A DNA stretch of 64,000 nt. Source: Podarcis filfolensis. Its lineage: Eukaryota. The stretch is from the NCBI GenBank assembly GCA_964270895.1, contig OZ185437.1; one strand, written 5' to 3'. A model generated the notes under the pieces. It made no database searches and was not told the DNA's origin. It saw only the letters and a list, made by a program, of their open reading frames with translations. Within the stretch, counting starts at the first letter, position 1. Each line of letters opens with the position of its first letter. Shown one piece after another: positions 40,561-53,690 of the stretch. A program made the translations under genes and the position numbers.

Positions 40561-41768
40561 TACTCTGCCCCCCGACCCCCAATTTCTCACACAACTTCAC
40601 CTATTTAAAATAAATGCTTTTCCACTGACTATTATTTGCACTGATTTTGAGCTTTTTGCCCCTTTTGGGTTATTGGAGTGTATTTCCCTCAGCCAGGTTC
40701 TTTGGTTATTGTTGGTTTGCGCATAGTTCTTTAGGCTGAACATGTTTGCCTTTGTTGAGGCACTCTTTTGACAGTGTGTGTTCCAGCCTATGCTTCCAGG
40801 GTTACCCACCCTATCTATTGCCATCTTAGGCATGTCCCACCTGACAGGAAAAAGAACTGTTGGACTGTAAAATATATTTTTCATTACTCTGGGCTACCTA
40901 GTTTTTTCTTGATTTGGTCTAACTGACTCTACTTCTACACTGCTTCATACATCCAGGGAAGCCTGAGCAGTGTATGTTCTTGTTGGTGTTACTTGTTGCT
41001 ATTTTTATTCTTGTGTTGATTGCGGGTGGTGGCAGCTTGGACAGTTGTGTAAAAACCCTGTAAGAGCTCGAAGGAGCTTAGATCCCAGCTGAGAGCATAT
41101 TTTCACTCAAGCACACTTTTTATATAGGTAAGCCCAGTGGCTCTCTTTAGTGTGACATGGGGGCTTTTGAGGTGCCTAGAACCTTCTCAAGTAACCCCCC
41201 AGTTTTTCCACTGTTCTATCTGTTCATGTATTGCCCCCCCCCCACCCGCAGCAACTTCTTCTTCTTAACAAACTGGTTCTCAGCCGGTCACAGATCATAT
41301 TGTGAATATGAGGATGCCACAATACCAAACAGCCAATCATATTTGTTGTTGTAGCTACATCGCATATGTTTCTCAGAATTGGCAACAGCAATGCTTCCTG
41401 GGTTTCAATGCTGCCAATGGCTCTGGATGGCAGGCTTATTGTTTACTGGAGAAGAAATTATCCACCAAATAAGATGAATGAGACTTTGCAGGACTCATCC
41501 CCAAAGTCATCAGCAGTGGAGGTCCCTCTTTGCTTGTATACTCCGTGGGTCTCTGGAGTGGGGAGCTTCTTCTATTTGCCACTTTCTTCAATGTTGTTCT
41601 GCAGGCAGATGAAGACACTCTTGTCCTATTGTATTTTTTCAAAGTTGATTCCTGCTGAAGTCCTTAGATATTTTATGGCCATTTAGTCATTTTTTAATTG
41701 CTCAGTGGTATTGTACACTACGTTGGGACTACTGTTTAGGAAACAGTTACAAAGATTTGGTGAAAAGT

Positions 41769-41769
<1 letters not shown>

Positions 41770-41807
<38 letters not shown>
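41770..41807. repeat. (GT)19 microsatellite
   Basis: Read directly; lies about 140 nt upstream of the exon ~11 acceptor. Confidence 0.95.
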
Positions 41808-41810
<3 letters not shown>

Positions 41811-41945
41811 GTTTATGGCATTAATCTGTTTCCCTCCCATGTTGCATTACGCATCAAAATATTAAATCAGCAGTGAATCAATGTTTGCTTTTATTAAATT
41901 ATTAATTAGGCTTCCTCTTTGGTTGCATTGTTGTCTCTGTCATAG

Positions 41946-42018
41946 ATTTCCAAGAGCCATATGCTGTGGTCGTTCTTCTAGAAAAAGATTTAGTACTTAT
42001 TGATCTTGCACAAAATGG
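41946..42018 (+). CDS. STXBP5: STXBP5 exon (~11), 73 nt: FQEPYAVVVLLEKDLVLIDLAQN(G)
   Basis: Acceptor ctctgtcatag, donor GG|gtaaga; phase 1 to 2. Confidence 0.96.
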
Positions 42019-43049
42019 GTAAGAATTCAGAATATAATGAGGTTATATAAAGGTGTCTCGTAGCAGTCATGGATGGAGTTTACCGATCAATGTTGTTCCA
42101 TTTAACAAAACACTAAGTTTTCTATTGTGATTTGCTTGTAAATAGCCCATGAGTGTGTGTGTATTCCTAATGGTGAATGAAGAAATGAAGATAACTCACA
42201 GTGAATTCTTCTTTACAGTAATTCAGTGTCCACATTTGTCTATCATGCTAAACTATAACATGATCTCCTCCTGCTGTGTGACCAGGAGAATTCCAGCAGA
42301 TTTTGTCTCACCACAGTTTGATAAACACACTTCCGGGTCCAGATATTATAGCAAGCTGCACTTAAAGGCAGAAGCTTCCAAACACATAATCCTGGCCATG
42401 CAGGAAGAGGATTGGGAAGTACCCAAGACCGAGACTCACTGTAGTTTGTACATCTTCATTTTTGTAATTCTATAAACCAGCGTTCAGCAAGATGTGTGAA
42501 CTTGGCCAGTATGGCACAATGTGTGATGATTCAAACACTTAATATACCTGATGGGGGGACATAGCTATGGCTATGCATTGTGTTATAGCTGCTAATTTTC
42601 ATCTTAAAGATAATTTTTAGTTATACATAAAATTAGGTTAGATCTTTTAATGACAGCAGGAGTTCATATTCGGGTTGGGATATTACAAGATAATTTCTGA
42701 AAATTCTTGATTTTTGAGATTAGCAGTTCACCAGCATTCTGTTGAAGTGCTAATTTTCTGTAGAGTATATTTCACAAGCAGTTTACAATTAAATCTTTAC
42801 TAATGTGTTTTGAGTATACTAGTATTCCAAAGTGATTTATATTTATTCACATAGATTATAAATATTTGAGCTCCTTTCCCCCTTTGCTGCTTTACTTTGT
42901 ACTCGCTTGTATTCATTTACTATTTTTTTCTTTTTTTGCACTGACATTTTTATCATTGTTTAATACCACCTTGGGAGAAAGTGTTGCATCCTACAAATTT
43001 TATTTATCAGCTAACTAACTGCTTTCATGTTTTCATCCCTTCATTAAAG

Positions 43050-43197
43050 GTATCCTATATTTGAGAATCCCTATCCCTTGAGTATACATGAATCTCCAGT
43101 TACCTGTTGTGAATATTTTGCCGATTGTCCTGTGGACCTTATTCCAGCACTTTATTCAGTTGGGGCTCGCCAGAAACGTCAAGGTTATAGTAAAAAG
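43050..43197 (+). CDS. STXBP5: STXBP5 exon (~12), 148 nt: YPIFENPYPLSIHESPVTCCEYFADCPVDLIPALYSVGARQKRQGYSKK
   Basis: Acceptor ttcattaaag, donor AAG|gtacca; phase 2 to 0. Confidence 0.96.
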
Positions 43198-43280
43198 GTA
43201 CCAAAGGGAGTTAATATCTTTATTACTAAGCAACAGTATTCCATGTGTTTGGATTTAATCAGCTTGTTTGTTTTAAATAG

Positions 43281-43348
43281 GAATGGCCTATCAATGGTGG
43301 AAACTGGGGTTTGGTCACACAGAGTTATCCAGAGATCATTATTACTGG
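43281..43348 (+). CDS. STXBP5: STXBP5 exon (~13), 68 nt: EWPINGGNWGLVTQSYPEIIIT(G)
   Basis: Follows an 83-nt intron; acceptor ttttaaatag, donor GG|gtaagt; phase 0 to 2. Confidence 0.96.
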
Positions 43349-44415
43349 GTAAGTAATAAGACTACATTAGTTTGGACAAGGCTGCCAAGGTAAATGTGGG
43401 GATATGCATATTTTATGCGTCATTATTCATAAACTGGTATATTGTAACCTACACATATTTTAGGGTAATTTAGATAATAATTGTCTGTCATGCTTAAAGT
43501 AACATTGTGAACTAATTTGAGGTGGATGAAAGGCATTGCTTTCCCCTTTTGGGGGGAGGAGAGAAATGTATTGGGAGAAAAGAAAAGGACTTACAGCCCC
43601 CAAAACCACCTGCTGTGTGACATTTCACTGGCATTTACCATCAGCTTTTATTAGAAATATAAATGTAGAGTTAGGGCTAGTGTTGAAAATTATAAAAGCG
43701 GAAAAGATTACTGTATGATCCTTGATCTGAGGCTAAAATTGCATTGTGGAGGACAGGCAATTATGGTGCAGAGGGATATTTTTCTGATTTCTATCATCCT
43801 AATGTATAACAGAAGAGTTAAAATGAGCAAGCTAGTAAAGGCTTCCCTGCTTACTTGAGAGCAACAGTGGGGATACTTCTCCAGTGGCTCTCAGCCTCCA
43901 CCTTTCTTTGCAATAGCGTACACATTTGTAGCCATGTGTGTGTATCAGGCATTTAAAACATTTAAGTAAGGTCAGCTGGTGGTCTGAGTTATTTTAAATG
44001 TTGTATAATTTATCTAATGAAGTTTTCTTGGACGTATGAGGTGCTAGCCAATTTGAGCAGAGAAAATCTGAAAAATCAGGATGTATATCTGTGAATTAAA
44101 AAATATCTGTTGCTTGCTGTTATCTATTGCATGTGAAACATTTCAGACACTCAGTGGGTTCTGTGGGTGGTTACTGTGAATAATATGTTGGCAATAATGC
44201 TGGATTTTAAGTAGTGTTGGTGTTGATACTACTACTTCTTTTTGTTTTTCTTTTCAACATATCAGAAAAACAAAGAAAAACAAAAATTAGCTTTGATTAT
44301 TTGTTACTTGTTTGATTATGGGAATGGTTTTAAACATTTACTGTACTCTCTCTGTCTAGATCCATAGTCCTCAGACAAAGATTTTTTTTAAAAAAAAATT
44401 AATTATATACAATAT

Positions 44416-44512
44416 GGGTAGCCAATGTTGTTGAGTGACAGCTTGCATGTTAGTTGGGGCTGATGGGAGTTGTAGTTCAACAACATCTAGAGGGCAACAC
44501 TTGGGCTATCGT
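44416..44512. mobile_element. Degraded hAT-type MITE related to 47221-47356
   Basis: Contains gatgggagttgtagttcaacaacatctagagggc, similar to the right arm of the 47221 element. Confidence 0.45.
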
Positions 44513-45359
44513 GCTCTAAAAACATCTAAGACACAAGTGAATTTCAGAATTTTTAAACCATGCACATCGATATTAAAAGATGAATGGAACTAAACTGTTT
44601 TATAATTAGAAAAGCACGCATAAAACCAAATCCTATCATACTTCTCTTAGTGAGGTAGTGAGGAGAATTAGCATTTGCCCTCATGAGATGACACCAGCTG
44701 TTGGTGTTGCAATGCATGTGAGATGGATTTGCAGCACAGTCCTATTCACATTTATGGAAACGTAGGTCCTGTTGAGTTCATTGAAGCTACTCACTAGTAT
44801 ATGTTCTTAGGATTACAGCCTTAGTTGCACTGGAAATCATTTGGTTCTATAGAGCAAAATAAAAAACCTACAATCACTCTGTTAAGAGAGGGCAAAATCC
44901 ATTATTCATCCCAGATTATAAAGTCACCATGACAAGAGGTTGAGTTTAGCACCAGTCTTGGTGGTGTCTTTAATTACAACACTTTACCTCTTCTGTATAA
45001 GTGAATGTCTGTTATTTACTTCTATTGGGAAAAGTAAAACTCTACATTTAGCAACATGATTATAGAGTATCATGCCCCTCATGCTTGGTACTGTCTGACT
45101 TAGGCAGCACCAATGGGATCTTCTTGGAAGTATTAAATGTCTCCTCATTCAGAGTACACATAGATGCATTGTATCTTCCTAGGACCTCCTTCAGCAAGCC
45201 TTCCCTCAACATGCAGCTCACCTATGATAGGCTAATACTAAGAAGAAAATAGGAGCATATGGGTTTGTTACATCAATTTAACATCACTAACTAAATCTCA
45301 TCGGCCTTGCTATTCCTTTTCTAAAGAGATTTTGCTTTAAAAAATTCTTGTTTTGATAG

Positions 45360-45400
45360 GCATGCAGATGGATCGATCAAGTTTTGGGATGCCTCTGCAA
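45360..45400 (+). CDS. STXBP5: STXBP5 exon (~14), 41 nt: HADGSIKFWDASA(I)
   Basis: Acceptor ttgttttgatag, donor GCAA|gtgagt; phase 2 to 1; GH-x-DG-x-IKFWD WD40 signature. Confidence 0.96.
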
Positions 45401-46400
45401 GTGAGTGTTTTGCTAAGTTATGGAAGAATTGTTTAAAAAGTGCTGCTGTGAAACTGTTGCCTTATAGATGACATCTTTTGGGGTTCACTCGCCTTGTTTG
45501 CTCAAATCTGCTGTACTTAATTCCCACTGGAATGAATGGTCCTAAATTAGTTGTGACCAGGAACAGCCAGCATCTGCAGAACTGCCTCTCCCATAAGAGG
45601 TGGCACTGCTTCTTACCAGATTGCTGTAGGGGATGAGGCAGGGTGGCTGTGAGGTTCAGGCTGTAAAGGCACACCAGCAGGAGAACCGTATGGGCTCTGC
45701 TAGTGTGCCCTTAACACCACAATCCCTCTGCCCTGCCTCTGGGACTAAATTGTCTCCTCAGCTTAAATAGGACTTGAGTGTAATTAACCTCTGAGCCAAA
45801 AGTTTGATATGAAAGACAGGAAGTGAGGAAGGTGATGGAGGAGATGAGGTTTCAAATCATACATGATAGTTACTTGATATCTCATAAGCAACCCGTATCA
45901 CCTCCTTGAAACACAAATTGAAATCCTGGAGCATAGAAGGTGCTGTAACACTATTTTTGATTATATATTTTGTCTTAATGCCATTTCATAATTGAGGGCA
46001 CAATCCTTCTCTGCATAAGGGAAGGCTGCCAAGCCTTTCTGCTTCTGTGCCCTTTGGATTCTGGCCATAATACACAATGCCCAGGATCCAAAGGACTGCA
46101 TGCAATGATTTGCATATAAATTATCAGGCCCCTCCTGGCCCTTGTCTTCCCACTGAAGTTCCTCAACATCCTGAAAAGTGTTATATTTTGGAACCACATG
46201 TGTGCGGAATACAAATTGATATCTATCTCACTAGCAAACATGCACACATCACCCGCAGAGGAACTTTCAATCAGCGTGAATGGAAATGTGAGCACTGTAT
46301 TACCATTGTTTCAGAATGGCCTTATTTGAACAATATTTTTGTTTATAAAATTACGTTGGTTTGTACATTTAACTATCTTTATTTTTTATTTTATTCCTAG

Positions 46401-46621
46401 TAACATTGCAAGTGCTGTACAAACTAAAAACAGCTAAAGTCTTCGAAAAATCAAAAAATAAGGATGACAGACCTAGCACAGACATAGTAGATGAAGACCC
46501 ATATGCCATTCAGATCATCTCGTGGTGTGCAGAAAGCAGGATGCTGTGCATTGCAGGAGTTTCTGCACATGTCATTGTTTACAGATTCAGCAAACAAGAA
46601 ATTACAACAGATGTGATTCCG
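46401..46621 (+). CDS. STXBP5: STXBP5 exon (~15), 221 nt: TLQVLYKLKTAKVFEKSKNKDDRPSTDIVDEDPYAIQIISWCAESRMLCIAGVSAHVIVYRFSKQEITTDVIP
   Basis: Acceptor ttattcctag, donor CCG|gtaatt; phase 1 to 0. Confidence 0.97.
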
Positions 46622-47220
46622 GTAATTGACAGTTATCTATATTGGACATGCATTTATATATTTGTTAATCCCTATATTTAGCCAATATATAAACTAGTAT
46701 AAACTAGCTTGAACATTTTTTTGACTAGTTTGTTCCATGCTCAGTGGTTCTGTCACTTTCTTGGGAATAGGACATTCTTGGGAATAGGATGTGCTGAAAA
46801 CATTAGGCTTACTCATTACAAATACAATTAAAATTTAGCTGAAATCCATTTTATTTTGAAAATGATAAATTGAAATTAGATTGAACAATTTAATCCTGCA
46901 TTAGATGCTTGCTTAAAGGTAAAATCTCATAGTAGCTCCTTGGTCACATGTACTTTATACCTGGCCTTATGAAGAGAGTGCAGCTAATATTTTTATACAG
47001 GTTTGTTCAGTTTTTTCACCCATTAAATCATAGACAGTGGTTGGAGGGTTTCATAAGTTGTTCATAATCAAATCAAAAAATTGATGGATGAGGCAGACTG
47101 TTGACCCATATCAGTAAATATTTGGGAGGGTTTGAGAACACCGTAATGCTTTGGTTGTCTTCATCTAGATTTGAACAGGGAGGGTATAACTTGTTCATTA
47201 TCTGTATTGCCAATATAGTA

Positions 47221-47356
47221 CAGGCATAGGCAAACTCGGCCCTCCAGATGTTTTGAGACTACAATTCCCATCATCCCTGACCACTGGTCCTGTTAGCTAG
47301 GGACGATGGGAGTTGTAGTCCCAAAACATCTGGAGGGCCGAGTGTGCCTATGCCTG
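47221..47356. mobile_element. hAT-type MITE, 136 bp, nearly palindromic
   Basis: TIR caggcataggca...tgcctatgcctg; perfect 8-bp TSD atatagta at 47213-47220 and 47357-47364. Confidence 0.9.
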
Positions 47357-47534
47357 ATATAGTATCATGGTATTTGATCAAATTTTCTGAGATGGATGTC
47401 CACAGTGCTCTTCAGCTATGGAGGGAGAATGTTCAGCAGTTCTTCTCAATATACACAATGTCGCCCAGCTTTATTTGTTTCCATCAAACCAAGAAACAGT
47501 TGTTTGTGCATTTAATTAATGCCTGAACATATGT

Positions 47535-47730
47535 AGTTATGGACTGGATGAGCACTAACAAATTGAAGCTTATTCCTGATAGGAATGATGACAGGACCAT
47601 GATGACAGGACAATCTAGGTCTATAAAGATGCTGCTATTTCCTCTCCTAGATGTGGTTACATTGCCTTTAAATGAGAAGGTGCACCACTCAGAAGTATTT
47701 CTTGATCCTGTGTTACTGCTCAGTTCTGAG
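47535..47730 (+). mobile_element. L2 LINE ORF2 fragment, decayed
   Basis: Peptides WMSTNKLKLIPDRN and LPLNEKVHHSEVFLDP resemble L2 WM.ANKLKLNPDKTE...LGVLLDP. Confidence 0.6.
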
Positions 47731-48067
47731 GAGGTGGTCACAGGCCACAGAATCAGCTGCAAGTGTTTCTCTAAAACAGGAATGGCAAATCCGTTCCGTT
47801 CTAAATTTTATTTACCTGCAGCTCCCAGCATCTCTCAGGATAGTGTCAAACAAACCTCATAGTACTCTTGGTACCTTATTGTCTGGTATTTGATTGATGC
47901 ATTGCAGCTTGATACTGTGGTTGAGGCCATCCACTTGTCTTTAATAAGAAGTTTTGTATTTAACTTTATGGAAGTTGTTGAGACCAAGGTAGTGAGTTGG
48001 CAACTGCAAAATTTGCAGTGCAAAGAACTCTCGGACTGTGTCACGTCTTCTCCATTGTCATTTGCAG

Positions 48068-48246
48068 ATGCTTGAAGTACGGCTATTGTATGAAATAAAT
48101 TATATAGAGTCTCCAGATTCTGAGCAAGTGCCACCACTGCCTACTCCAGGCACAGGTTCCAACCCTCAGTCCATTGCTCCCCAGTCTCATCCATCCACTA
48201 GCAGCAGCTCATCTGATGGGCTTCGGGATAACGTCCCATGTTTAAA
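48068..48246 (+). CDS. STXBP5: STXBP5 exon (~16), 179 nt: MLEVRLLYEINYIESPDSEQVPPLPTPGTGSNPQSIAPQSHPSTSSSSSDGLRDNVPCL(K)
   Basis: Acceptor catttgcag, donor AA|gtaagt; phase 0 to 2. Confidence 0.96.
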
Positions 48247-49446
48247 GTAAGTGTAAGGCTAGTATTTCTAAATACTGTATCTTACCTTCATAGACTGCTT
48301 AATCTTATTGTAGAAAAAACTTTTGGCTTTTGACATGTGCTGCTTTGGGATATGGTTACTCATACCTCCTCCTAGTGTATGCTTTACAAAGATGCGCTAA
48401 TAGAAGACACATGTATTGAGCTTGTATCAATGTACAAAGTAATTATATATTGCTTACAGGAGCCTATGAAACTACCTATGTGTTTCAATAGCTGTATTTG
48501 CCAAAGTTTGATATATAGCAACTGCAGCTTTTCTTAAAAAACAGCATGCCCATTCTCAGTCCTCCAGAGAGAAGCGGATGCCAACTGCCCCCAACTACAC
48601 ATCTAACTTAGAATCTCCTGCCTTATCTCACTTTCCTGTACTGTTTCCTATTCCTTCATATTTGAGCTAGAGAATAAGTTATGAGCCTGCAGATTCCTGG
48701 TTCAAATTTCAGTTGAGCCATGGACTCAAGAGATTAATTTAGGTAAGTTACCAACTCTCAAGTCTAGCTCACCAGTCATGACAAGCCACCAAATTCTACT
48801 TTATTGAGACTTGGCAGAGAGCGAACTAATTGCACTGTGAAATGCTCTTTCCTCTGCCATATGTGAAGCATCATCTATCAGTTGCTTTAGACACTTTGTA
48901 AAGACATACCATTTTGTCCTGGCTGTCCCTGACTCCTAAGATTGGTCTCTGTTATTACTGAATTTCTGTTTCCATAAATGCTTTATAAATGCTTTAAATT
49001 AAAGAAAAATAAATAAATGTATAATAAGTATTGTGAGTCCTTATGATATAATGCTTAATTTTGCAATCACTTCAGCAAATTATAGTTTGCCATTTCATCT
49101 TAACTAAGCAAGCTCTGCTGTGTGCAAACCATCATTTACATGCCAGGATCGGAAAATATGTTAAAATGTGACTGATTAAGCAATTTATGTACACCGGGAC
49201 CAGGGTGGGGGGGTGGGAAAATGTGCTCTCCAGTGCTTGCATGTGATCCTTCTCAACATCAGAACATGGCCACTTACATTAAAAAGTCTCCCCCACATCA
49301 TATGAATCTGTTCCAGAGTAAGCATTTGAAGCTGTACTAACTTGCAGTAAGAAATACAATCAGTCATGAAATATTCCCACTCTAGTAAAATTTATTGGCA
49401 GACTTCCACAAGGATAAATGTTGTCTACCTTTCCTGTATATTGCAG

Positions 49447-49572
49447 AGTTAAAAACTCTTCCCTCAAGCAGTCTCCAGGCTACCAGGTTGAGCTGGTTAT
49501 CCAGTTAGTATGGGTGAGTGGAGAACCACCTCAGCAAATAACAAGCCTTGCAATCAACTCTGCCTATGGCTT
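49447..49572 (+). CDS. STXBP5: STXBP5 exon (~17), 126 nt: VKNSSLKQSPGYQVELVIQLVWVSGEPPQQITSLAINSAYG(L)
   Basis: Acceptor tatattgcag, donor TT|gtaagt; phase 2 to 2. Confidence 0.96.
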
Positions 49573-50928
49573 GTAAGTATATTTGGTGCTGTGCTTTCTC
49601 TTCCTTAAATCCCATTGTCCTGTTGCAGAAGGAATATGACGTTACTGCTAAACTACTGGATTCATGTTGTTTTGATATGCTACTTGTTTCCATGTTTTCA
49701 GTAAAAAGGTACTTAAAGGGCCTTCTCATTTATTGTGGTATTCAGCCACAAACACATTTCAGTCTTTGCCCAAGGTTCCCTTTCATTACAATAATGTTGT
49801 ACCATCTTCGTATATTACATGGGGAAGATAGCTTCTGCTGTTAGATGTGTACACAGCACTTTCAGAAAAGTTGGCAAATGGTTCTCAGCGTAGAACACAA
49901 TCTTCTGTGCCATCTCTGATTTCTTGAATGTCTTGTATATTTTTAGACTACCAGCCGTTTTGTGAAGAGGCTTTTTTTTTGTTTAGTTTTTTGGTTGTAT
50001 CTAGGCTAGGTGGACATTCAGAAAGAATATGGGAGAATGCAATAATGTGCTGCTGTAACAAGTAAATTAGTCAATTGTCGGACATTAAAACAAGATGGTG
50101 AGAATGAAGTAATTGAACGTTGGATGTACAGTGGGGTATTCATTTGGGTAATTGTATAGCAGAAGGTTAGATGATGTGGCTAAGACAATCAGACCAGCAT
50201 ACGAAACCTCTGGGTGAGGCATGGAGGTGTAAGACGTTTTGTAAAAAGTAGAAGTACAGAGTCATCAGTGGTGATGAGGCAAATCTCAAGTGTAGCAGCC
50301 AGGAATGGGGAAGATTATATTTTGGTATTCTTCTGCAGCCAGATGGTGGATTGTCTCAGCTCCTATTATATAGATGTGAAAATGCTTTTTTGGTTAATCG
50401 CAACAGTTCAGAATCAAAAGTCTCCTGTTGGTGTTTCCAGCTCATTCTGTTGTTTTTATCTTGTTTGTTGTTTAGAGTTGCATCTTATTATGTATTGTTC
50501 TTACTGCCTATTTACTTAAACCTGTTTTATAAGAAATAAATATTAATGTAAAACCATGCCAAACACAAATGCATGTCAAGGACAAACTAACAAGGCAGCT
50601 ATTAGCTTCTTCCCGCACTGCAACAAAACAGTTACCCTTGAGTAAGCAGTGGACAGTAATCATTCTATGTCAGGTGGAGGTTTGCTATTTAGTAAGGCAA
50701 TAGTCTATTGGTTTTATTCTCAGCAACTACTACTAAAATAAATTGAATAGTTTTTCATGCAACTTTTCATTTCTAAATGTTATATAAGAATAGATTTTAG
50801 ATTTTGAAAAATAATCAGTTCAACTAATTCCTAAAAATGGAAAGTAAAATGTTGTACTTAACATAAGCATATATTTGGATATCAATCATTCATTGCCATC
50901 ATATTCTTTCTAATAAATTTTCTTTCAG

Positions 50929-51080
50929 AGTAGTTTTTGGCAATTGTAATGGTATCGCAATGGTTGATTACGTCCAAAAGACCACACTTTTAAACCTTGG
51001 CACCGTTGAATTGTATGGTTCTAATGATCCTTATAGGAGGGAACCCCGATCTCCACGTAAAAGCAGACAGCCATCTGGAG
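50929..51080 (+). CDS. STXBP5: STXBP5 exon (~18), 152 nt: VVFGNCNGIAMVDYVQKTTLLNLGTVELYGSNDPYRREPRSPRKSRQPSG
   Basis: Acceptor ttttctttcag, donor GAG|gtaagg; phase 2 to 1. Confidence 0.96.
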
Positions 51081-51329
51081 GTAAGGTCATACACTTGATA
51101 CTTGCTGATAAATTTTTGTATTGGTCTTCTACTTACCGGACCGCAAGCTGATTAGGAGTGCATGCGACTAGCTTTTTCTTTGAAAGTAACTTGCACAAAG
51201 CAAAAGGTTTATATGTTGACAATATTCTGTAGGGGCTTCTTTTTAGAAAACATCATCTGATTATGGTAGGCAAACAGTCTTCATTTTAAGAGTATTTCAG
51301 ACTGCCAAATTTAGCATATATAATAAGCA

Positions 51330-51331
<2 letters not shown>

Positions 51332-51361
<30 letters not shown>

Positions 51362-51392
51362 CTTCTTCTTCTTCTTCTTCTTCTTCTTCTTC
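51332..51392. repeat. (CTT)20 microsatellite at the L2 tail
   Basis: Read directly; abuts the L2 3' end. Confidence 0.95.
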
Positions 51393-51881
51393 ATTACCCC
51401 ATTTCCCCCAGCCACTGTGGGCAGCTTACAGAACATATAAAATCATAATAAAATGTCAAACATTAAACATTTCCCAATACAGGGCTGCCTTCAGATGTCT
51501 TCTAAAAGTTGTGTAGTTGTTTATTTCCTTGACATGGGGGGGGCACATTCCACAGGGAGGGTGCCACTGCCTAGAAGGCCCTCTGCCTGGTTCCCTGTAA
51601 CTTTACTTCTCACATTGAAAGAACTGCCAGAAGACCCTCTGAGGAGGACCTCTGTGACTGGGCTGAGTGATGGGGATGGAGATGCTCTTTCAGGTATACT
51701 GGGCTGAGGCTGCTTAAGGCTTTAAAGGCCAGCGCCAGTACTTTGAACTGTGCTTGGAAATGTACTGGGAGCCAGTGAAGATCCTTTAGGACCAGTGTTA
51801 CATGGTTCCAGCGGCCACTCCCAGTCGCCAGTCTAGCTGCCACATTCTGTATTAGTTGTACTTTCTGAGTCACCTTCAAAG
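51393..51881 (-). mobile_element. L2 LINE 3' fragment
   Basis: Minus-strand peptide VQLIQNVAARLATG...HVTLVLKDLHWLPVHFQAQFKVLALAFKAL, typical of the L2 ORF2 C-terminus. Confidence 0.85.
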
Positions 51882-52235
51882 ATATAATATTTACTTCATT
51901 ACTTTTTTATACAAAAAGTCTTATTCTTTACCAAGGTTTATGTGTTCACATCAACCATCTTCCATTGTCTTGCTTTTCCCTGTTTGAGATTTACTTTTCG
52001 TCTTCCTTTGTGCTATCACACCCTGTTATCATAAAAGCCCTGTTAATTTATTCTGAACTAACTGCTTCACAGAACCACTCAGCACTTAACCCCTTCATTT
52101 TTGGACACAATTATTTCAGCATGCTGTATTTGATCTGTTAAGGTGTGTATTGGCACATGGAAGCAATCACATAAATTCAGCAAACCACAAGCCTAAAATT
52201 CTCAGAGGAGGAAGTGCATATGAACAGAAAGTTTT

Positions 52236-53690
52236 AGAGTTGCTTCATACCTGAAGATGTGGACAAGCTGCTTGAAGAAGTGCAGCCAACCAGCTGCCCT
52301 TTGATGCTTGCCCACCTCGGCTTCTGAGAGCTAGCCGTAGATGGTTAGCTGGGTTTGCAATGAGTGATTAATGCTTCACTTGAGGAGAGGGACTGACCAC
52401 CTGCCTGGAAGGACATGGTGGTGTGGCTCCTCCTTAGGAAGACATTTTTTGTCCCAGAAATGTTAAATCACTATTGCCCAGTACAAAATAACTAATTTTT
52501 GGACAACGCTTGAGAGGGTTGTGGCAGTACAGCTTTAGACATGCTTGGAAAAAACTCTTTGCTTAGATCCATTTCAGTCTTGCTTCAGGCCCAGTTATGG
52601 TACTGAAGCCACCTTGGACATCCTGATTGATGACATTTGTCAGGAGAGAGGTGAGAAGAGTGCAAGCCAGCTCATTCTCCTTGACCTCCCATTGTCCTTC
52701 TGGATCATCTCAGGGAGGTGGGGGTTGGGGGCACTGTACTTCAGTAGTTCCAATCCTTCATCCAGGGCTGTTTCCAGAAAGTACTTATGGGAGGCTACTG
52801 TTACGTGCCATGAGAGTTGTCCTGTGGTGTCCTGCAGTATTCTATTTTGTCCCTGGAACATCTATATGAAGCCACTGGGAACTGCCATCAGAAAATTTGG
52901 TGTCACCAATATGCAGATGATACCCAGTTCTGTTTCTCTGTTGCATATGAATTGGGAGACTGATGTTAGACTGATGCTTGGAGGTGGTGATGGGCTGTGT
53001 GTGAGCCAATAAACTGAATCAGAATTGTGAAAAGAAAGCAGTATTATGTGTCCCAGGTTCTTGATTCTGGGGTGTGGGGACCTGTCATGGTTGGGGTTGT
53101 ACTTCCCTGGAAGTAGCATGTCCATAGCTTGGGGGTGCTACTGAATTCAGCCTTGTCATTGGAGGCTCAGTTGGCCTTGGTAACTAGGCATGCCTTTTTC
53201 CAGCTCTGGATGCTTCACCAGTTACAGTCTAATTTGCACAGAGACAACTTGGCCACAGTACTCCATGCTCTGGTAACCTCCAGCAGCCAGACTACTGACT
53301 GGGGCTCCCTTTAGAACTCACATAAGCCCTGTTCTAAAAGAGCTGCACTGGTTGCTGGTTTGTTTCTGGGCTTAGTTCATGGTGCTCACTCAGTCCCCAA
53401 ATATCTGAAAGACCACCTCCTTTCCTACAGACCTTCTTGGGTGTTAAAATCAGCGAGGTTGGTAGTTCCACTGTCCTTAGAGGTCTTGGGATGTGACCTG
53501 AGATGAGAGCATTCTCTGTGTGGAATACCCTCCCCACAGAAATATATCTCTGTCACCTTCATTATACAGCTTTTTGTCATATGCTTAAAGACACCTGTTG
53601 TGAGCATAGTTTGTTTTAATCTTTTTTGAATGCTTTATTTTCTATTACCCTGGGACCTTTTAGTGTAACCAGCCCTGGGACCTTATAGTA
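52236..53690 (+). mobile_element. Decayed L2 LINE ORF2 (RT) fragment
   Basis: Peptides LDPFQSCFRPSYGTEATL, LILLDL, NIYMKPLGTAIRKFG and LATVLHALVTS, interrupted by frameshifts. Confidence 0.8.

Noticed and set aside
50960-51151. Exon ~18 frame continuing 23 codons into the intron, and similar read-through ORFs at 19910, 39576, 43078, 46406, 48038 and 61705
   Set aside because: These are true exons extended into flanking intron by the ORF caller; the extensions show no protein similarity.
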